Shown: positions 43,248 through 56,531, counted from the first letter of the stretch. The stretch is DNA of 64,000 nt from Octopus bimaculoides (GCF_001194135.2 NC_068996.1:13825715-13889714), one strand, 5' to 3'. Made by a program: numbers and translations. Notes: generated by a model not told the origin, from the letters alone.

Positions 43248-43629
43248 CATTATTATTATTGTGGCGAGTTGTCTGAATTGTTAGCACGCTAGAGGAAAAT
43301 GCTTTGCGGTCGTGAGTTCAAATTTCACCGAGGTCGACGTTGCCTTTCATCCTTTAGGGATCGATAAGGATAAGTGCCAGTCGAGTACTGGAATTCATGT
43401 CATGGACTTACCATTTCCTGGAGTTGCTGGCCTTGTGCCAAAATTTGAAATCATTATTACCTCTGTTATTGTACTTTCAAACTAGTGACTGTCTATGCAG
43501 CCACCGGGGTAGGACAACCAGACTCTTTTAGACGTATAGAAACTTTCCTTTAGTACTAGTAGGGAATGGAAATGGTATTTTGGATAAACATATACATATA
43601 CACACACATATACATATATACAAACACAC

Positions 43630-43722
<93 letters not shown>

Positions 43723-44152
43723 AATAAATATTTTGTTGATGTATTTAGGTTGTTTTATCCTTGTGCTTGTTCTCTGATTATTTTGTTAACTGTATCTGTG
43801 GTGTGTATTTTATAGACAATAAAGAAATGGTTGTATCTGTGGTGTGGTGTATGAATTTCAAAACTTTTAGCTGGGGGTTGTTATTAATTTGTTTATGGTA
43901 AGTTGTCGGGTTGGTGATAGATGTATTTGTTTTATACTTTATCTTTTACGTGTTACGGCCATTGGACTACGGTGATGCTGCACCTTCGTTTTGAAGGATT
44001 TTAGTCGTACAAATCGATCCCATTACTCATTTTTTAAAGCTTATCATTCTCTTATTTAGAAATAAGTTACTGAGACCAAAACAATCCAACACTGGGGCAA
44101 ACGCAAACATTCACGCATGACTGTATACACATACATATCTGTTTACCTATCT

Positions 44153-44220
<68 letters not shown>

Positions 44221-44475
44221 GTCAATTTATCTGGAGTGATGTGTTCGTGCGCACATGGTATTTCGTATTTCTGAAAATAAATGTGTATGAGTGAAAGCCT
44301 GAAGTGAAACAATCTTTCGAAAAAAACTCGAAAAATCAGGCACGTCTGCTCAGTTATGGTTAGTTTTAGATTGCGTATTGCTGCCTACGTTATTTTGTAA
44401 TTTCCAAATTAGCATTTCGCTACATCAGCCGTAAACCTGTATGGTAAATATGGTAAACATTCGGCGATAGAGTAG

Positions 44476-44521
44476 TTACTACTGATGAGTTTGCAATTTA
44501 TAGACGAAACTAGTCAAGTAC
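44476..44521 (+). ncRNA. Minimal type I hammerhead ribozyme candidate, intact core
   Basis: tacta-CTGATGA-GTTT(gcaatttat)AGAC-GAAAC-TA-GTC-aagta. Stem III is the palindrome ACTAGT with a GUC site at 44513-44515. Stem I has 4 bp and an A-A mismatch next to the core. Confidence 0.6.
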
Positions 44522-44736
44522 AGTGATCCCACCTTCGATTGTAGGGCGGTTATCTCCTCTGTCAGTAAATGAAAATGGGTTTCTTTGCAGTTCTAATGGC
44601 GTTGATTCTTATTTCTAGTTATATAGGTGATAATTTGTGATTAGAGGCGGTCGTAAATCGAGGTACTACTGTATTCATTGAATATGAGAAAGAGGAGATA
44701 AAGCACGATTTATTCGTGATCAGAGCTGTACTACAG

Positions 44737-44940
44737 CACGAAGGGGTGCTAAAAGTTCCTGGCGTTGGGTAATAGAAAATACAGAAGGATCAGTTAACAT
44801 TCGCCTCTCAGATTTACGGTCTTACTGCAGCGGTCCTTCCTTTTTTAGTAAGCCCTGTAAAAGAACTAGAAAATTTTGGCTTCCAACCAGGTCTCTCGCG
44901 ATATCCTTAAAACCAGGAAGATTTCAGTACCCCATCGTGT
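44737..44940. mobile_element. MITE (~200 bp) with ~27-bp mariner-like TIRs
   Basis: cacgaaggggtgctaaaagttcctgg versus the reverse complement of ccaggaagatttcagtaccccatcgtg. Confidence 0.7.
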
Positions 44941-45046
44941 ATATATANNNNNNNNNNNNNNNNNNNNNNNNNNNNNNNNNNNNNNNNNNNNNNNNNNNNN
45001 NNNNNNNNNNNNNNNNNNNNNNNNNNNNNNNNNNNNNNNNNNNNNN

Positions 45047-45083
<37 letters not shown>

Positions 45084-46335
45084 CCTTATGGAGGAAAGTA
45101 GTGGGAGAAATTTGTTCAGTTATAACTCTTCCGGTACACCAGCATGGCTGCAGTCGCATGAGTGACAAGTACAATTTGAACCATCACCAGCTACCCTTCC
45201 CACATGACATCCTAGCACATTAACAAATCTGAAGCTGACAATTTGATAATCCTTAATACCGAATAGCATTTACTTGTTTCTGTCATAAAATTGCGGCCAT
45301 GCTGGGGCACCACCTTAAAGGGTTTTAGACGAAAGAATCGGCACTAACACTTATTTTTTAAGTTTGATACTCATTCTATCGGACGCCATGGTTGAGAAAT
45401 AAACTTCTCAACCACAGAACCACCCCAGTGCTTATGTTTTTTTGTTTTTTTTTTTTCGTTTTTTACTCTTTCCTTTTTATTTTGGATTTAAACGCTGAAT
45501 TCTTTATTTTATATATTTGTTATATTCATTTCCAGCTCTTTATTCTTATGTTTTTCAACGTTATAGTTTTACTCTTAGGTTAATTTTTACACTTATTTTT
45601 CTATTTTCTCTTTCTATTTGTTATATATTTTATTTTTATTAGTATATTGTGTTAGTTTTTACAGTTAAATATTTTTTCCTTTCTTTCATAAAATGCTTCA
45701 TTTCATTTAAAATGACAAACTTCACTGTTTAAAAATCGGGTTAAACCAATTATCTTTGCACGAAATAATCCAACAGATCAATGCAATCTTGTGTTCAATC
45801 AAACTAAGAGTGGCGATCAGAAGAAGCAGCGTGGTAGGGGAGATACTTAGGTTAATTTTTGTTAGTTTTCTGTGTGGCTGTGTGGTAAAAAGTTTGCTTT
45901 CCAACCACGTGGTTCGGGGTTCAGTCCCACTGCTTGAAAATGTGTGCATGTGTTTTATACTATAGCTCCAGGCCGACCAGAGACTTGTGAAAGAAACAGA
46001 AAGAAGACTTTTGGAAACGGGAGTGTGTGTGTGTGTGTGTTTGTGCGTGTGTTTGTGCGTGTGTACGTGTATGTGTGTGCTTCTGTTTCTGTTCCCCCTA
46101 CCACTTGCAAATTGGTGATGGTTTTTCTCCCTCCCGCAACTTTGCTGTTTGGCATAAGCTGCGATATAATAATTATCAGGCTTCAAAATATAAGTACTGG
46201 AATATATTTTTTCGACTAAAGCGGTGTCCCAGCATGACAGATAACTGATGAAAAGTTGGTGACTATCTGTGTTTTTTTACACGGTTTTTGGAATTATATA
46301 TATATATATATATACATAAACATATATTCGGTGTG

Positions 46336-46368
<33 letters not shown>

Positions 46369-46549
46369 NNNNNNNNNNNNNNNNNNNNNNNNNNNNNNNN
46401 NNNNNNNNNNNNNNNNNNNNNNNNNNNNNNNNNNNNNNNNNNNNNNNNNNNNNNNNNNNNNNNNNNNNNNNNNNNNNNNNNNNNNNNNNNNNNNNNNNNN
46501 NNNNNNNNNNNNNNNNNNNNNNNNNNNNNNNNNNNNNNNNNNNNNNNNN

Positions 46550-46596
<47 letters not shown>

Positions 46597-47289
46597 GAGA
46601 GAGACAGACAGACAGACAGAAAGAAAGATGGAGTGAGAAGGGGAGAGAGTGCTAGAAAGGCAGATATACACAGGTAGGCTTAAAGTATGTATTTCCTTGG
46701 AATATAAAATACAGATTACAACTAAAGAAAACAAGGAATTATCTAGAGATATAACTCGACAGGTGTTTCAAGAGAACCTTAACTTATGCCATAATATTCA
46801 TACGTAAGAAGAGCATAGCATAACATATGTGTAACACCATGAGATCCAATGAAATTGTTAAGCTAGATTTGTGATCATCTATTAGAGAAGGATGGCGGAT
46901 GTATGAATGTGTATATGCATATATATATAAACATGTGTGTATATATAGGAGTTGTCTCATGTTATTTTATGACAAAAATATGCAACGTACAATATCTGTC
47001 CATCCTTTTATATATTAATGTAGGTGATGTGAATATACGGATCATTGCTTGTTGTCTATACTATAATATAACACTGCTTATTAATTACTTTAATTATGAA
47101 AAGCAATTATTAAAATTTACAATGTCTACAATATTCTTATCAATTCAAGTTGATCAAGTTTTCTTTTTTCTTAAGGCAATTCTTAAAGTACGATTTTAAA
47201 AACTATTTTCCATTCATTGTGTCTCGGTTATCCTAACTTTCAAAACTGTATTTTTTAGCGTCTTTTTATGCGTCGGAATAACTACAGCA

Positions 47290-47860
47290 GTGTGATCACC
47301 CCAAATCTGAGTCGACATAACTTTCTGAAAAATTGTTCCTTTTTAATTGAAATTTTCTACAAACACATTGATTCTTATCATATCTATATATCTTGAAAAA
47401 GTTGGGATGCTGAATATTTCACAGCTCTCGACTTTGTTTCCTCATGTGTTTTCATGATTTATGAACACTATTCAATCGTTTATCGAAAAGTTTTTGATAG
47501 AAATCTTTGTAGAAAGGTGAGTACAATGCTAGTAATAATTATTGAGTTCATATTTCTTTCATTATTTTTATCGTAGTCTTCATCTCTGATGCAAACTTAA
47601 AAGTAGCCTAACGTGTACGCAGAATATTTCATTATGCTTTAAGAGCTGTGATCACGTGGGCTCGAAATGTAATTTCTTTTGTGTATCATAACTTTAACTA
47701 AATCATCAAAATGTATGAGGAAACAAAGTCGAGAGGCGTGAAATTTCTGCCACCCTCACATTTATCTTTTCCCATTAAATTCCGATATTATTATAAATTT
47801 AAAGCATCTGAAACATATTTTCAGAAAACTTTATTTGAAATATTCTCTTTTCAGAAAGTT
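47290..47860. mobile_element. Foldback/MITE-like element with nested inverted repeats
   Basis: atttcacagctctcgactttgtttcctcat (~47415) pairs with atgaggaaacaaagtcgagaggcgtgaaat (~47715). An outer pair is taactttctgaaaa / ttttcagaaagtta. Confidence 0.65.
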
Positions 47861-48249
47861 ATCAAGAAACAAAGTCAGCAGGGTACATTTCTGTAGCTAT
47901 GCCTTAAATGTCTCTATTGAGAGAGTGAGTACCAGTAGATGAATAAAGGATACAAATGAAAATTAGAAAACATACGAGATTTGTTATACATACATGTATA
48001 GATGTGTGTGTGTGCAGAAATTATAGAATAGAGTAAAAATCAACAAGCAAAACGATAAAAATGATACCGACATGATTCGAAGAAAAAATTTATCAGAGCG
48101 AAATTTCTTCGTCTGGCTGTCTGGTATGCTATAGGCGTTTCAATATATCATCGTTAGCACTGCTATTTCGAACAAATTAAACAACCACGTAGATGGGCTA
48201 CCACTGAGTTTTTTAAAATGACAGGTTAGTCTGCGATAAAATAACTAAT

Positions 48250-50020
48250 TCTACCACAGGCGCAAATTGTGAATTTTTGGGAGAGAGACTAGTGAATTAA
48301 GTCGACCCCAATACTCAACTGCTACTTATTTTATCGACCACGCAAGACTGAAAGGCCCGCTGGCCCCAGTGGAGTTTTAACTCAAACCTAAAGACCGGGA
48401 GAAATGTCTCTGTAAGCAGTTTGTCCGGTATGCTACCAATTCTGCCAGCTCGCCATCTTAGACAGCAACAAAATAATCCATTCTACTACAGGTACAAGAC
48501 GTGAAATTTTTGTTAAAGAGCTAATCGATTACATCAAGCCCAGTGCTCAATTGTTATTTATTTTATCGATCACAAATGGCAATGGAAAGCAAAATCGGCC
48601 TCGGCGAAATTTCATCTTAGAACGTAAAACCAAGAGAAATACAGACGTGCTAACGATTCTGCCAGCTCGGCGCCTTGTCTACTATAGGCAGCAGGCCAGA
48701 AAGGTTGGGAAAGTGGCTAAGTTGGTCGAATACCTTGTCCACTCTACTTATTTTATTGACCCCGAGAAGATGAATGACAAAAATCAACCTCGGCGGAATT
48801 TCAATTCAAAGCATAAAGCCGAACAAAATGGTGCTAGACATTTAGTTCGACGCGTTGATGATTCTGCTAGCTCACCACATCTGACTGCAGTAAAATAATG
48901 AAAGAAATATTTACTGAGCGAGTGAATAGTGTTAGACGAATAAAGAATACAAAGGAAAATTAGATGTAACATCACAAAAATTACACAAATTGGGAATCAA
49001 ATGTGTAAATATCATTTAGTGACTAACAGAAAACCGCCCTCCGGCCCCTCGGGCGCTTATCTGCTTGTTAACATTAATAAATTCTAATATTTACCCAATA
49101 ATAATTTTTCCATATTGACCTGCTCTGATCAATGAAGGCGAAATATAAATACCCAGAGCAGAAGTCTAGTTGATATTAACCTGTTCTATTGTTTACCTTC
49201 GATTCCATGGCTGATTGGTATCAAAGCTCGATCAGCATTTATTTTTAATTTGCCCTTAATTGTTGACGCGATGATTAAAACACAGGTTGTAAAACATGAA
49301 ATGTTTAAGAGAGCATCTCAAAAGATCCATGAAGCTTATCGCTTGGTATTAATTCTGAAAATATAAGGCGGTAAGGTGGCAGAATCGTTAGCGCGTCGGA
49401 CAAAGTGTTAAGTTATATTTCTTCCAACTCAGTTCAAATTCTGCTGATATCGACTTTGGATTCCATTATTTTGGGGTCAGTAAAATAAATACATGTTGAA
49501 CATTGGGGACGATATGGTCAGCTAACTCACTACCCAGAAATTACTGGCCATGCGGCACAGTTTCTAACTATTATTAGTATTATTATGGTACAGAGCTGGT
49601 AGGATCATTAACACTCATGACAAATTGTAGAGAGGCATTTCTTTTTGCTTTACGTTCTGATATAAAATTTCGCCTAGGTCGACTTTGCTTTTCATCCTTT
49701 CAAGGTCGATAAAGTAAATACCTATTGACCACTGGGATCGATCAAATCAATGTCTTGCAGTATTTCACCCAACTCCTCAAATTAAGTGAAGATCGGCTTT
49801 CATTCTTTCGGGGTCGATGAAATAAGAACCAGTCAAGTACAAGGTCACGCATTGCTGGCCTTGTGCAAAAATTTGAAACCATAGTTATTACCATTGCGGT
49901 GAGCTGGCAAAATCATTAGCATGTCGGACAAAATGCTTAACAATATTCTTTCCGGCTTTACGTTCCAAGTTCTAATGCTGCCGATGTTGACTATGCATTT
50001 TATCATTTGGACGAAAGTCC
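48250..50020. mobile_element. Cluster of about seven same-family SINEs: three minus, then four plus
   Basis: Minus copies at ~48250-48440, 48480-48670 and 48680-48880. Plus copies at ~49365-49560, 49585-49745, 49790-49870 (partial) and 49895-50020. Confidence 0.75.
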
Positions 50021-50026
50021 ATCATT

Positions 50027-50071
<45 letters not shown>

Positions 50072-51205
50072 NNNNNNNNNNGTATAGGCCTTTCTGTAAG
50101 GTTAACAGCAGTTGGTAATTTCAATGGTAAACCCTGGTTTAATATATTCAGATAAGAAAAGAAATGGAGAAACATTTAACAATTAGAAGTTGTTTATTGG
50201 TATTAAATGGTCATAGATTAATTATAGTTAAAATAACATTTACAGCTGGAGAGTGGAACACTTTAAGAAAGTAATAAATAAAGTAATTATTAAAACTATG
50301 ATAAAATTTGAACTAGGCAGGAAAAAATTTTCTATGGATAGTATACATTCACAAGCTATTTTATTCCTTTTCTATGGTGTTCTACCCTACCTGATCATTT
50401 TATTGTTTTACTATTTTATAATAGCTTTTATTGATAAAATAAATCTAATTTTGCACGCCTATAAATTCATAAATAATTAGCATGTTCTTTTACCGCAGTA
50501 CTCCTTTATTAAATACCAGTAAATACCAATAATCAATCTTCGCAGATACCATCAAATAAGTGGGTAATTAAGTATATAAAATGCATAAATATTAAACTAT
50601 TTCTATGTAATTTTTTTCCTCCCACTATTGTGGTATAATTTGGTACATACTCAAAAGTATTCAAAACAAATTTCTCCTTTTGTTATAATATTCTTCTTAA
50701 TAATCTTCTGAATAACCCTAAATTTTAACTTTATACAATATGGCAATATTGTTTAAAATATTTAACTATAGTATCTGTATCATTTCCCCTGTATCATTAT
50801 CAATGGTCTACTAGTGGCTTGCCCCCTTAATTGTCAGCTAACATCTTGATTTAAGATTTCCTTTACCAAATCTCATTATATTGCTTCAAATAAATCTTGA
50901 TAGTTTTATGCCTATACCCACTATGATTTCTGCCGACTCCCTCAGCCCCCTTCATAACAAACACTGCTCCTTGCTCTTTGGCCTTAGATTTTAATATACA
51001 AAGATTTGATAAACAACACTATAAATTAAAACTGACCCTAAAAAGCAGTGACAAGCTAAATCTCTAACAAGTCTTTCTTCCTGATACCATAGTAACTTCT
51101 AAACTGAAGTGAAGACAGAATGTACTTTGTGTATCTCCTTACCTTCTTGGAGGTTTTAGTTAAAATTATAGAAATGTGTTTTAATTTAATTTCATTCTGT
51201 CTTTA

Positions 51206-51291
51206 TGCAGCTGGGGATTGTTCTGCATTTAAATTCATGTAATGATTGCATTGTTCAATTAAAAGAAGTTGCTTGAAACGATCGTACTACA
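51206..51291 (+). ncRNA. Type I hammerhead-like motif, family A copy 1 (core CUGGGGA, A6G)
   Basis: tgcag-CTGGGGA-57 nt-GAAAC-GATC-GTA-ctaca. Stem III is palindromic (ACGATCGT); stem I pairs 4/5. Confidence 0.6.
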
Positions 51292-51368
51292 ATACCTCTG
51301 GATATCCTTGTTGCTTATTTTGATATACGTGTGTGTGTGTGTGTGTGTGTGTGCGTGTGTGTGTGTGT

Positions 51369-51459
<91 letters not shown>

Positions 51460-51589
51460 TTCAGCAAAAATTTAGATTCAGATAAATATAGTACTTAAGT
51501 TGAGGCACCAGAATTTAGTACGGTATTATCCATATAATTTAAGATAGGTGATTAGAATCAAAATAAGCAACAAGGATATCCAGAAGTAA

Positions 51590-51675
51590 TGCAGTACGAC
51601 CGTTTCACGCAACTCCATTTAATTGAACAATGCGACCACTACATCAATTTAAATGCAGAGCAATTCTCAGCTGCA
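51590..51675 (-). ncRNA. Type I hammerhead-like motif, family A copy 2 (core CUGAGAA, G8A)
   Basis: On the minus strand: tgcag-CTGAGAA-57 nt-GAAAC-GGTC-GTA-ctgca. Stem I pairs 5/5. Confidence 0.6.
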
Positions 51676-52985
51676 CAAAGACATAGAATGCAATTAGATT
51701 AAAACAGATTGACACATTAATATAATTTTACCCAAAAGCCTCAAGAAGTTGAGGAGATAGACAAAGAACATCGTTGCCCTTCCTTCCACTTAGAAGCTAC
51801 TAAGCTATCAGGAAGAAAGACTTGTTACAGATTTTGCTTATCACTTTCATACGGGGTCAGTTTTAATTTATAGACTAGTTTCATCAAATCCTTGTATATC
51901 TAAGGCCGGGTCTGTTAGCGCTAGGACTGAATGAGTCGATAGAAATCATAGTGGGTATAGTCATAAAAATCAAGATTTATTTGAAGCAATATCATGGGAT
52001 TTGATAAAGGAAAACTTAAATCAAGATGTTAGCTGACAATTAAGGGGGCTTGCCAATAACAGACCATTGGTAGTGAAACAGGGGAAATCTTATCATGTAG
52101 TACTATAGTTAAATATTTTAAACAATACTGCTGTATTGTATAAAGTTAAAGTTCAGGATTATTCAGAGGATTATTAAGGAGAATAATTATAACAAAAGGT
52201 TAAAATGTTTAAGAATGCTTTTAAGTATATATCAAACTTTTACCACAATAGAAGGAGGAAAAGAAATTATCCAGAAATAGTTTAATATTTATACATATTA
52301 TAAACTTAAATACTAACTTATCAGATGGTTTCAGTCAATATTGATCAATTGGTATATACTGATATTTAATAAAGGAGTACTGAAGTAAAAGAACATGTTA
52401 ACTATAAATTAATTTAATTATAATCTAAGCAGTTTAATTTAAGTAGTGAATATACCGGCATTGTTATATATAAGCTAAGTTTGAATTTATAGATGTACAA
52501 ATATTAGATTTAATTTATAAATAAATAAATAAATGCTATTATAAAATAATAACGAAATAAAATAATCAGGTTGGGCAGAACAGGAATAAAATAGCTTAAG
52601 AAAGGAATAAAAAAAGGAATAGAACAGAAATGAAATAGCTTAATCACTAAAACAGGATGAAGTATATGTCGCTTATTAACCACAATAGACAAGATGTATA
52701 GAAAATGTATAATAATTCAAAATATACTAAACTAAAAATTATATATTTACTTATTTAGCTAGCATCAATAAAGACTGATACCTGGTATTAGCTAAGGGAA
52801 TATTTATGTTACGGGACATTCTAACCTTACACAAATCTTTTAAAACTAAGGGTTATGTTATAGGTTTTAGAAGTTATTATTTTTAGTTTCTTTGGGGTAT
52901 TTAATTAGAAGGGCTACTTATATAAAGGTCTTATAAATACTAAGATCAGGAGGGTAGAGCACTTTAATTAAATTCTATATCTTTC

Positions 52986-53071
52986 TGCAGCTGAGGATTG
53001 CTCTGCATTTAAATTCATGTAATGTTTGCATTGTTCAATTAAATGGTATTTCGTGAGACAATCGTACTGCA
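52986..53071 (+). ncRNA. Type I hammerhead-like motif, family A copy 3 (CUGAGGA intact, GAGAC for GAAAC)
   Basis: tgcag-CTGAGGA-57 nt-GAGAC-AATC-GTA-ctgca. Stem I pairs 5/5. Confidence 0.6.
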
Positions 53072-53285
53072 TTACCTCTGGATATTCTTGTTGCTTATTT
53101 TGATTATAGATATAAATATATACACAAATAAATATATGTGTATACATATAAATATATATACATATATATATATATAAATATATATAGATATAGATATATA
53201 TACATAGCAATATATATAAATATATACATATAGATATATAGATATACATGTAGATATATGTACATATAAATATATATATAAATAC

Positions 53286-53324
<39 letters not shown>

Positions 53325-53700
53325 NNNNNNNNNNNNNNNNNNNNNNNNNNNNNNNNNNNNNNNNNNNNNNNNNNNNNNNNNNNNNNNNNNNNNNNNNNNN
53401 NNNNNNNNNNNNNNNNNNNNNNNNNNNNNNNNNNNNNNNNNNNNNNNNNNNNNNNNNNNNNNNNNNNNNNNNNNNNNNNNNNNNNNNNNNNNNNNNNNNN
53501 NNNNNNNNNNNNNNNNNNNNNNNNNNNNNNNNNNNNNNNNNNNNNNNNNNNNNNNNNNNNNNNNNNNNNNNNNNNNNNNNNNNNNNNNNNNNNNNNNNNA
53601 CTCATTTGTTTTCGTACTTCATGTTGTTTACACAGTTGGTGACGTCCTGTACTTATATATGCATATATATATATTCTTCTTCTTCTTCTTCTTCTTCTTC

Positions 53701-53765
<65 letters not shown>

Positions 53766-53766
53766 T

Positions 53767-54102
53767 GTGAAGGCGTATGGCTCAGGGTTTAGAGTGTCGA
53801 GCTTACGACCGTGTTGCTGTGAGTTCGAATCCCGGACCGGATTGCGTGTTGTCTTCTTGAGCAAGATACTTTATTTCACGTTGCTCCGGTTCACTCAGGT
53901 GTAGAAATGAGTTGCGACGTCACAGGTGCCAAGCTGTATCGGCCTTTGCCTTTCCCTTGGCTAACATTGGTAGTGAGGAGAGGGGAGGCTGGTATGCATG
54001 GGCGACTGCTGGTCTTCCATAAACAACCTTGCCCGGACTTGTGCCTCGGAGGGTAACTTTCTAGGTGCAATCCCATGGGCACTCATGACCGAAGGGGGTC
54101 TC
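53767..54102 (+). mobile_element. Near-full tRNA-derived SINE (second family)
   Basis: A box tggctcagggtttag, B box gttcgaatcc, then a conserved body (gagcaagatactttatttcacgttgctcc). Decayed relatives lie at ~59820-59960 and ~62405-62560. Confidence 0.75.
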
Positions 54103-54811
54103 AGCGATTATTATCATTTAATTGAACGCCACGCATCCACTTCCACGTAAGTTTATCTTAACCTTTATAATGCGACTCTTTTCTATGCTGCTTTCTACCC
54201 CATCCTTCACAAATTCCTATTTTCTCCCCTTCGCTGTTTTCTATCTGTCTCTCTCTAGCCCTTTTTCTCTTTTTCCTCTCTCGCTGCTCACATGTGGCCA
54301 TCGTCCATCCTTCTTTTCCTGCACGTCTTTCTAAGGACTGGAGTCTTCTATCTATCACTCTCTTCTATTTCTCTCTCACTCTCTCTCTCTCTGTCTCTCT
54401 CTCTCTTATCTTTTCTCTTTTGAAAGAAAATATTTCTACTAGCGTTCACTATTTTCGTCTCGTTCTGGTGTAACGTGCCTCCATGTTTGTTTCCGTTCGG
54501 TTATCTTCTATGTCTCCACTGTCCAGTTTTTGTTCCCAGCTTTCACCTTCCATAAATTCAAAATCTTATTTTGGTGTTTATGGGCGGAACTGTCTCCGAG
54601 AACTCGTATTGTCTTTGGATGCTCGAAATGAGGAGTAGATACACAGATGACAACTAATGAAAGGTCATTTTCCGTGTTACCTGTCCTGTTTTCCATTTTA
54701 CTTTTCCTCTCCTCTTTGCGTATTTAACGCGTTTGTTTTCATACTTTATGTTGTTTACACAGTTGATGACGTCTTGTACCCATATATGGATACACACACA
54801 CAGACACACAA

Positions 54812-54852
<41 letters not shown>

Positions 54853-54859
54853 GGAGCTG

Positions 54860-54998
54860 GAGTGGTGGTGTGGTAAGTAGATTACTTATCAGCCACATAG
54901 CACATTGGGCAAGTGTCTTCTACTATACCCTCGGGCCAACCCAAAACTTGTGAGTGGATTTGGTAGACGGAAGCTGAAAGAAGCCCGTCGTATATATG

Positions 54999-55045
<47 letters not shown>

Positions 55046-55200
55046 ACGCCCGCGTGTGCGTCTGTGTTTGTCCTCCTACCATCGCTTCACAACCGATGTT
55101 GGTATGTTTACGTCCCCGTAACCTAGCGGTTCGGCAGAAAGTACCCGATAGAATAAGTACTAGGCTTACAAAGAATAAGTTCTGGGGTCGATTTGTTCTA
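54860..55200 (+). mobile_element. Composite SINE with internal (TG)n (tgtggtaag..ttgggcaagtgtcttctactata..gaaactgaaagaagcccgtcg type)
   Basis: Partial copies recur at ~3645-3900, 7670-8215, 10520-10740(-), 11320-11455(-), 16720-17240(-), 17390-17760, 45875-46250 and 63730-63900(-). Confidence 0.75.
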
Positions 55201-55675
55201 GTGTAGGTGACCATATGCATATATAGCATGTATGTCTTTTAGATGTGCATTTGATTATAACTGCACGCATGATCACGTGCATGTGTGTGTGTGTGCGCGC
55301 GTGTGTGTGTATATGAATATAACCGTGCGCGTATGGGTATGTGCACGTGTGTGTGTGCGCGCACGTGTGTGGATTTGTATACGTATACATGCATGATTGC
55401 ATATATATGTGCATCTATTCGACGTATCTGTGGGCGCGCATGTGTGTTTCATGCGAGTCTGAGTGAACATAGGCATATAGGTACATGTACGTGGGTGCGT
55501 GTGAGCGCATGTGTATGTATATACATGCACGCACACGCGATTGCTATGAGCTTTCATACTCTACTTTTTTTTTCCTCCCTTTCCGTTTTTTCCCCTTATT
55601 TAAGGGTCATTCTAATAGCCCTTTTGTCTAAATAACGGTCATTTACACAGTATTTACACATATTTTAATTGTCTC

Positions 55676-55736
55676 GATAACTGAAGAGATGCCGGTGCAG
55701 GTTTCTGCCCCGACATCCGAAACTCGGAGTTTTATT
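55676..55736 (+). ncRNA. Type I hammerhead ribozyme candidate, intact core
   Basis: gataa-CTGAAGA-[GATGcCGGtGCAG gttt CTGCcCCGaCATC c]-GAAACTC-g-GAGTT-ttatt. Stem I is 5 bp, stem II is long and stem III is near-palindromic. Confidence 0.65.
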
Positions 55737-55866
55737 ATGGCAACTGAATAATTGTCACATATTATATTAGAAATATCAGCATGGCCGCAGCTCTAAGCTG
55801 AAACTATATAAAAAAATATATATATATACATGCATGCATGCATACATACATACATACATACATACA

Positions 55867-55898
<32 letters not shown>

Positions 55899-56495
55899 CA
55901 AATATGTGAGATTATCTATGTGTTTGTGTGCACAATTAAGATATAGCAAAATATAATGAGCGAGAAATAACATACACATAACAAAAAGTAACAAAAGTTC
56001 AAGGTATCTTGAAAGTTAATGTTATTAGATAGATGTTCTAGTAAAGAAAAAATTCAGAAAGTAAAAGTTACAAAGTAAATTATAAATCTTCGGATAAATT
56101 CTTCTGTCGCATACCAAAGAGAAGTCCCAGAAGAGAGGAGAGGAAATAAGACAAAAGGGAAGAGATCGATATGGGTTAGGACAAATGTTCCTACACTCAT
56201 ACATAACATCTTATGCATACAATTAGATGGACATTGACTTAGATCTCCACTTATATTATCTGTTTGCAGATATATATTGTTATATTTCGGGATGGTCATT
56301 TATTTATTTATTCATTTATTTATTTATTTATTTATTCATTTATTTCCAAATAGACGCAATGGACATAAGATAAAATAAGAACAATAATGAGCAAATGAAG
56401 ACCGAAAATGTAGTGCGTGCATCTATTTGGCAAAAACAATATGACCGTCTCGAAATATAACAATATCTGTTTCAACAACATTTTCACATCATAAA

Positions 56496-56531
<36 letters not shown>

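Larger units (their letters stand above)
50350..52600. repeat. Large imperfect inverted repeat: ~1-kb arms (50350-51327 and 51558-52600) around a (GT)n-containing spacer
   Basis: Example: cccccttaattgtcagctaacatcttgatttaag (~50823-50855) is the reverse complement of cttaaatcaagatgttagctgacaattaagggg (~52015-52047). Complementary blocks continue along both arms with indels. No recognisable ORF. Confidence 0.9.
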
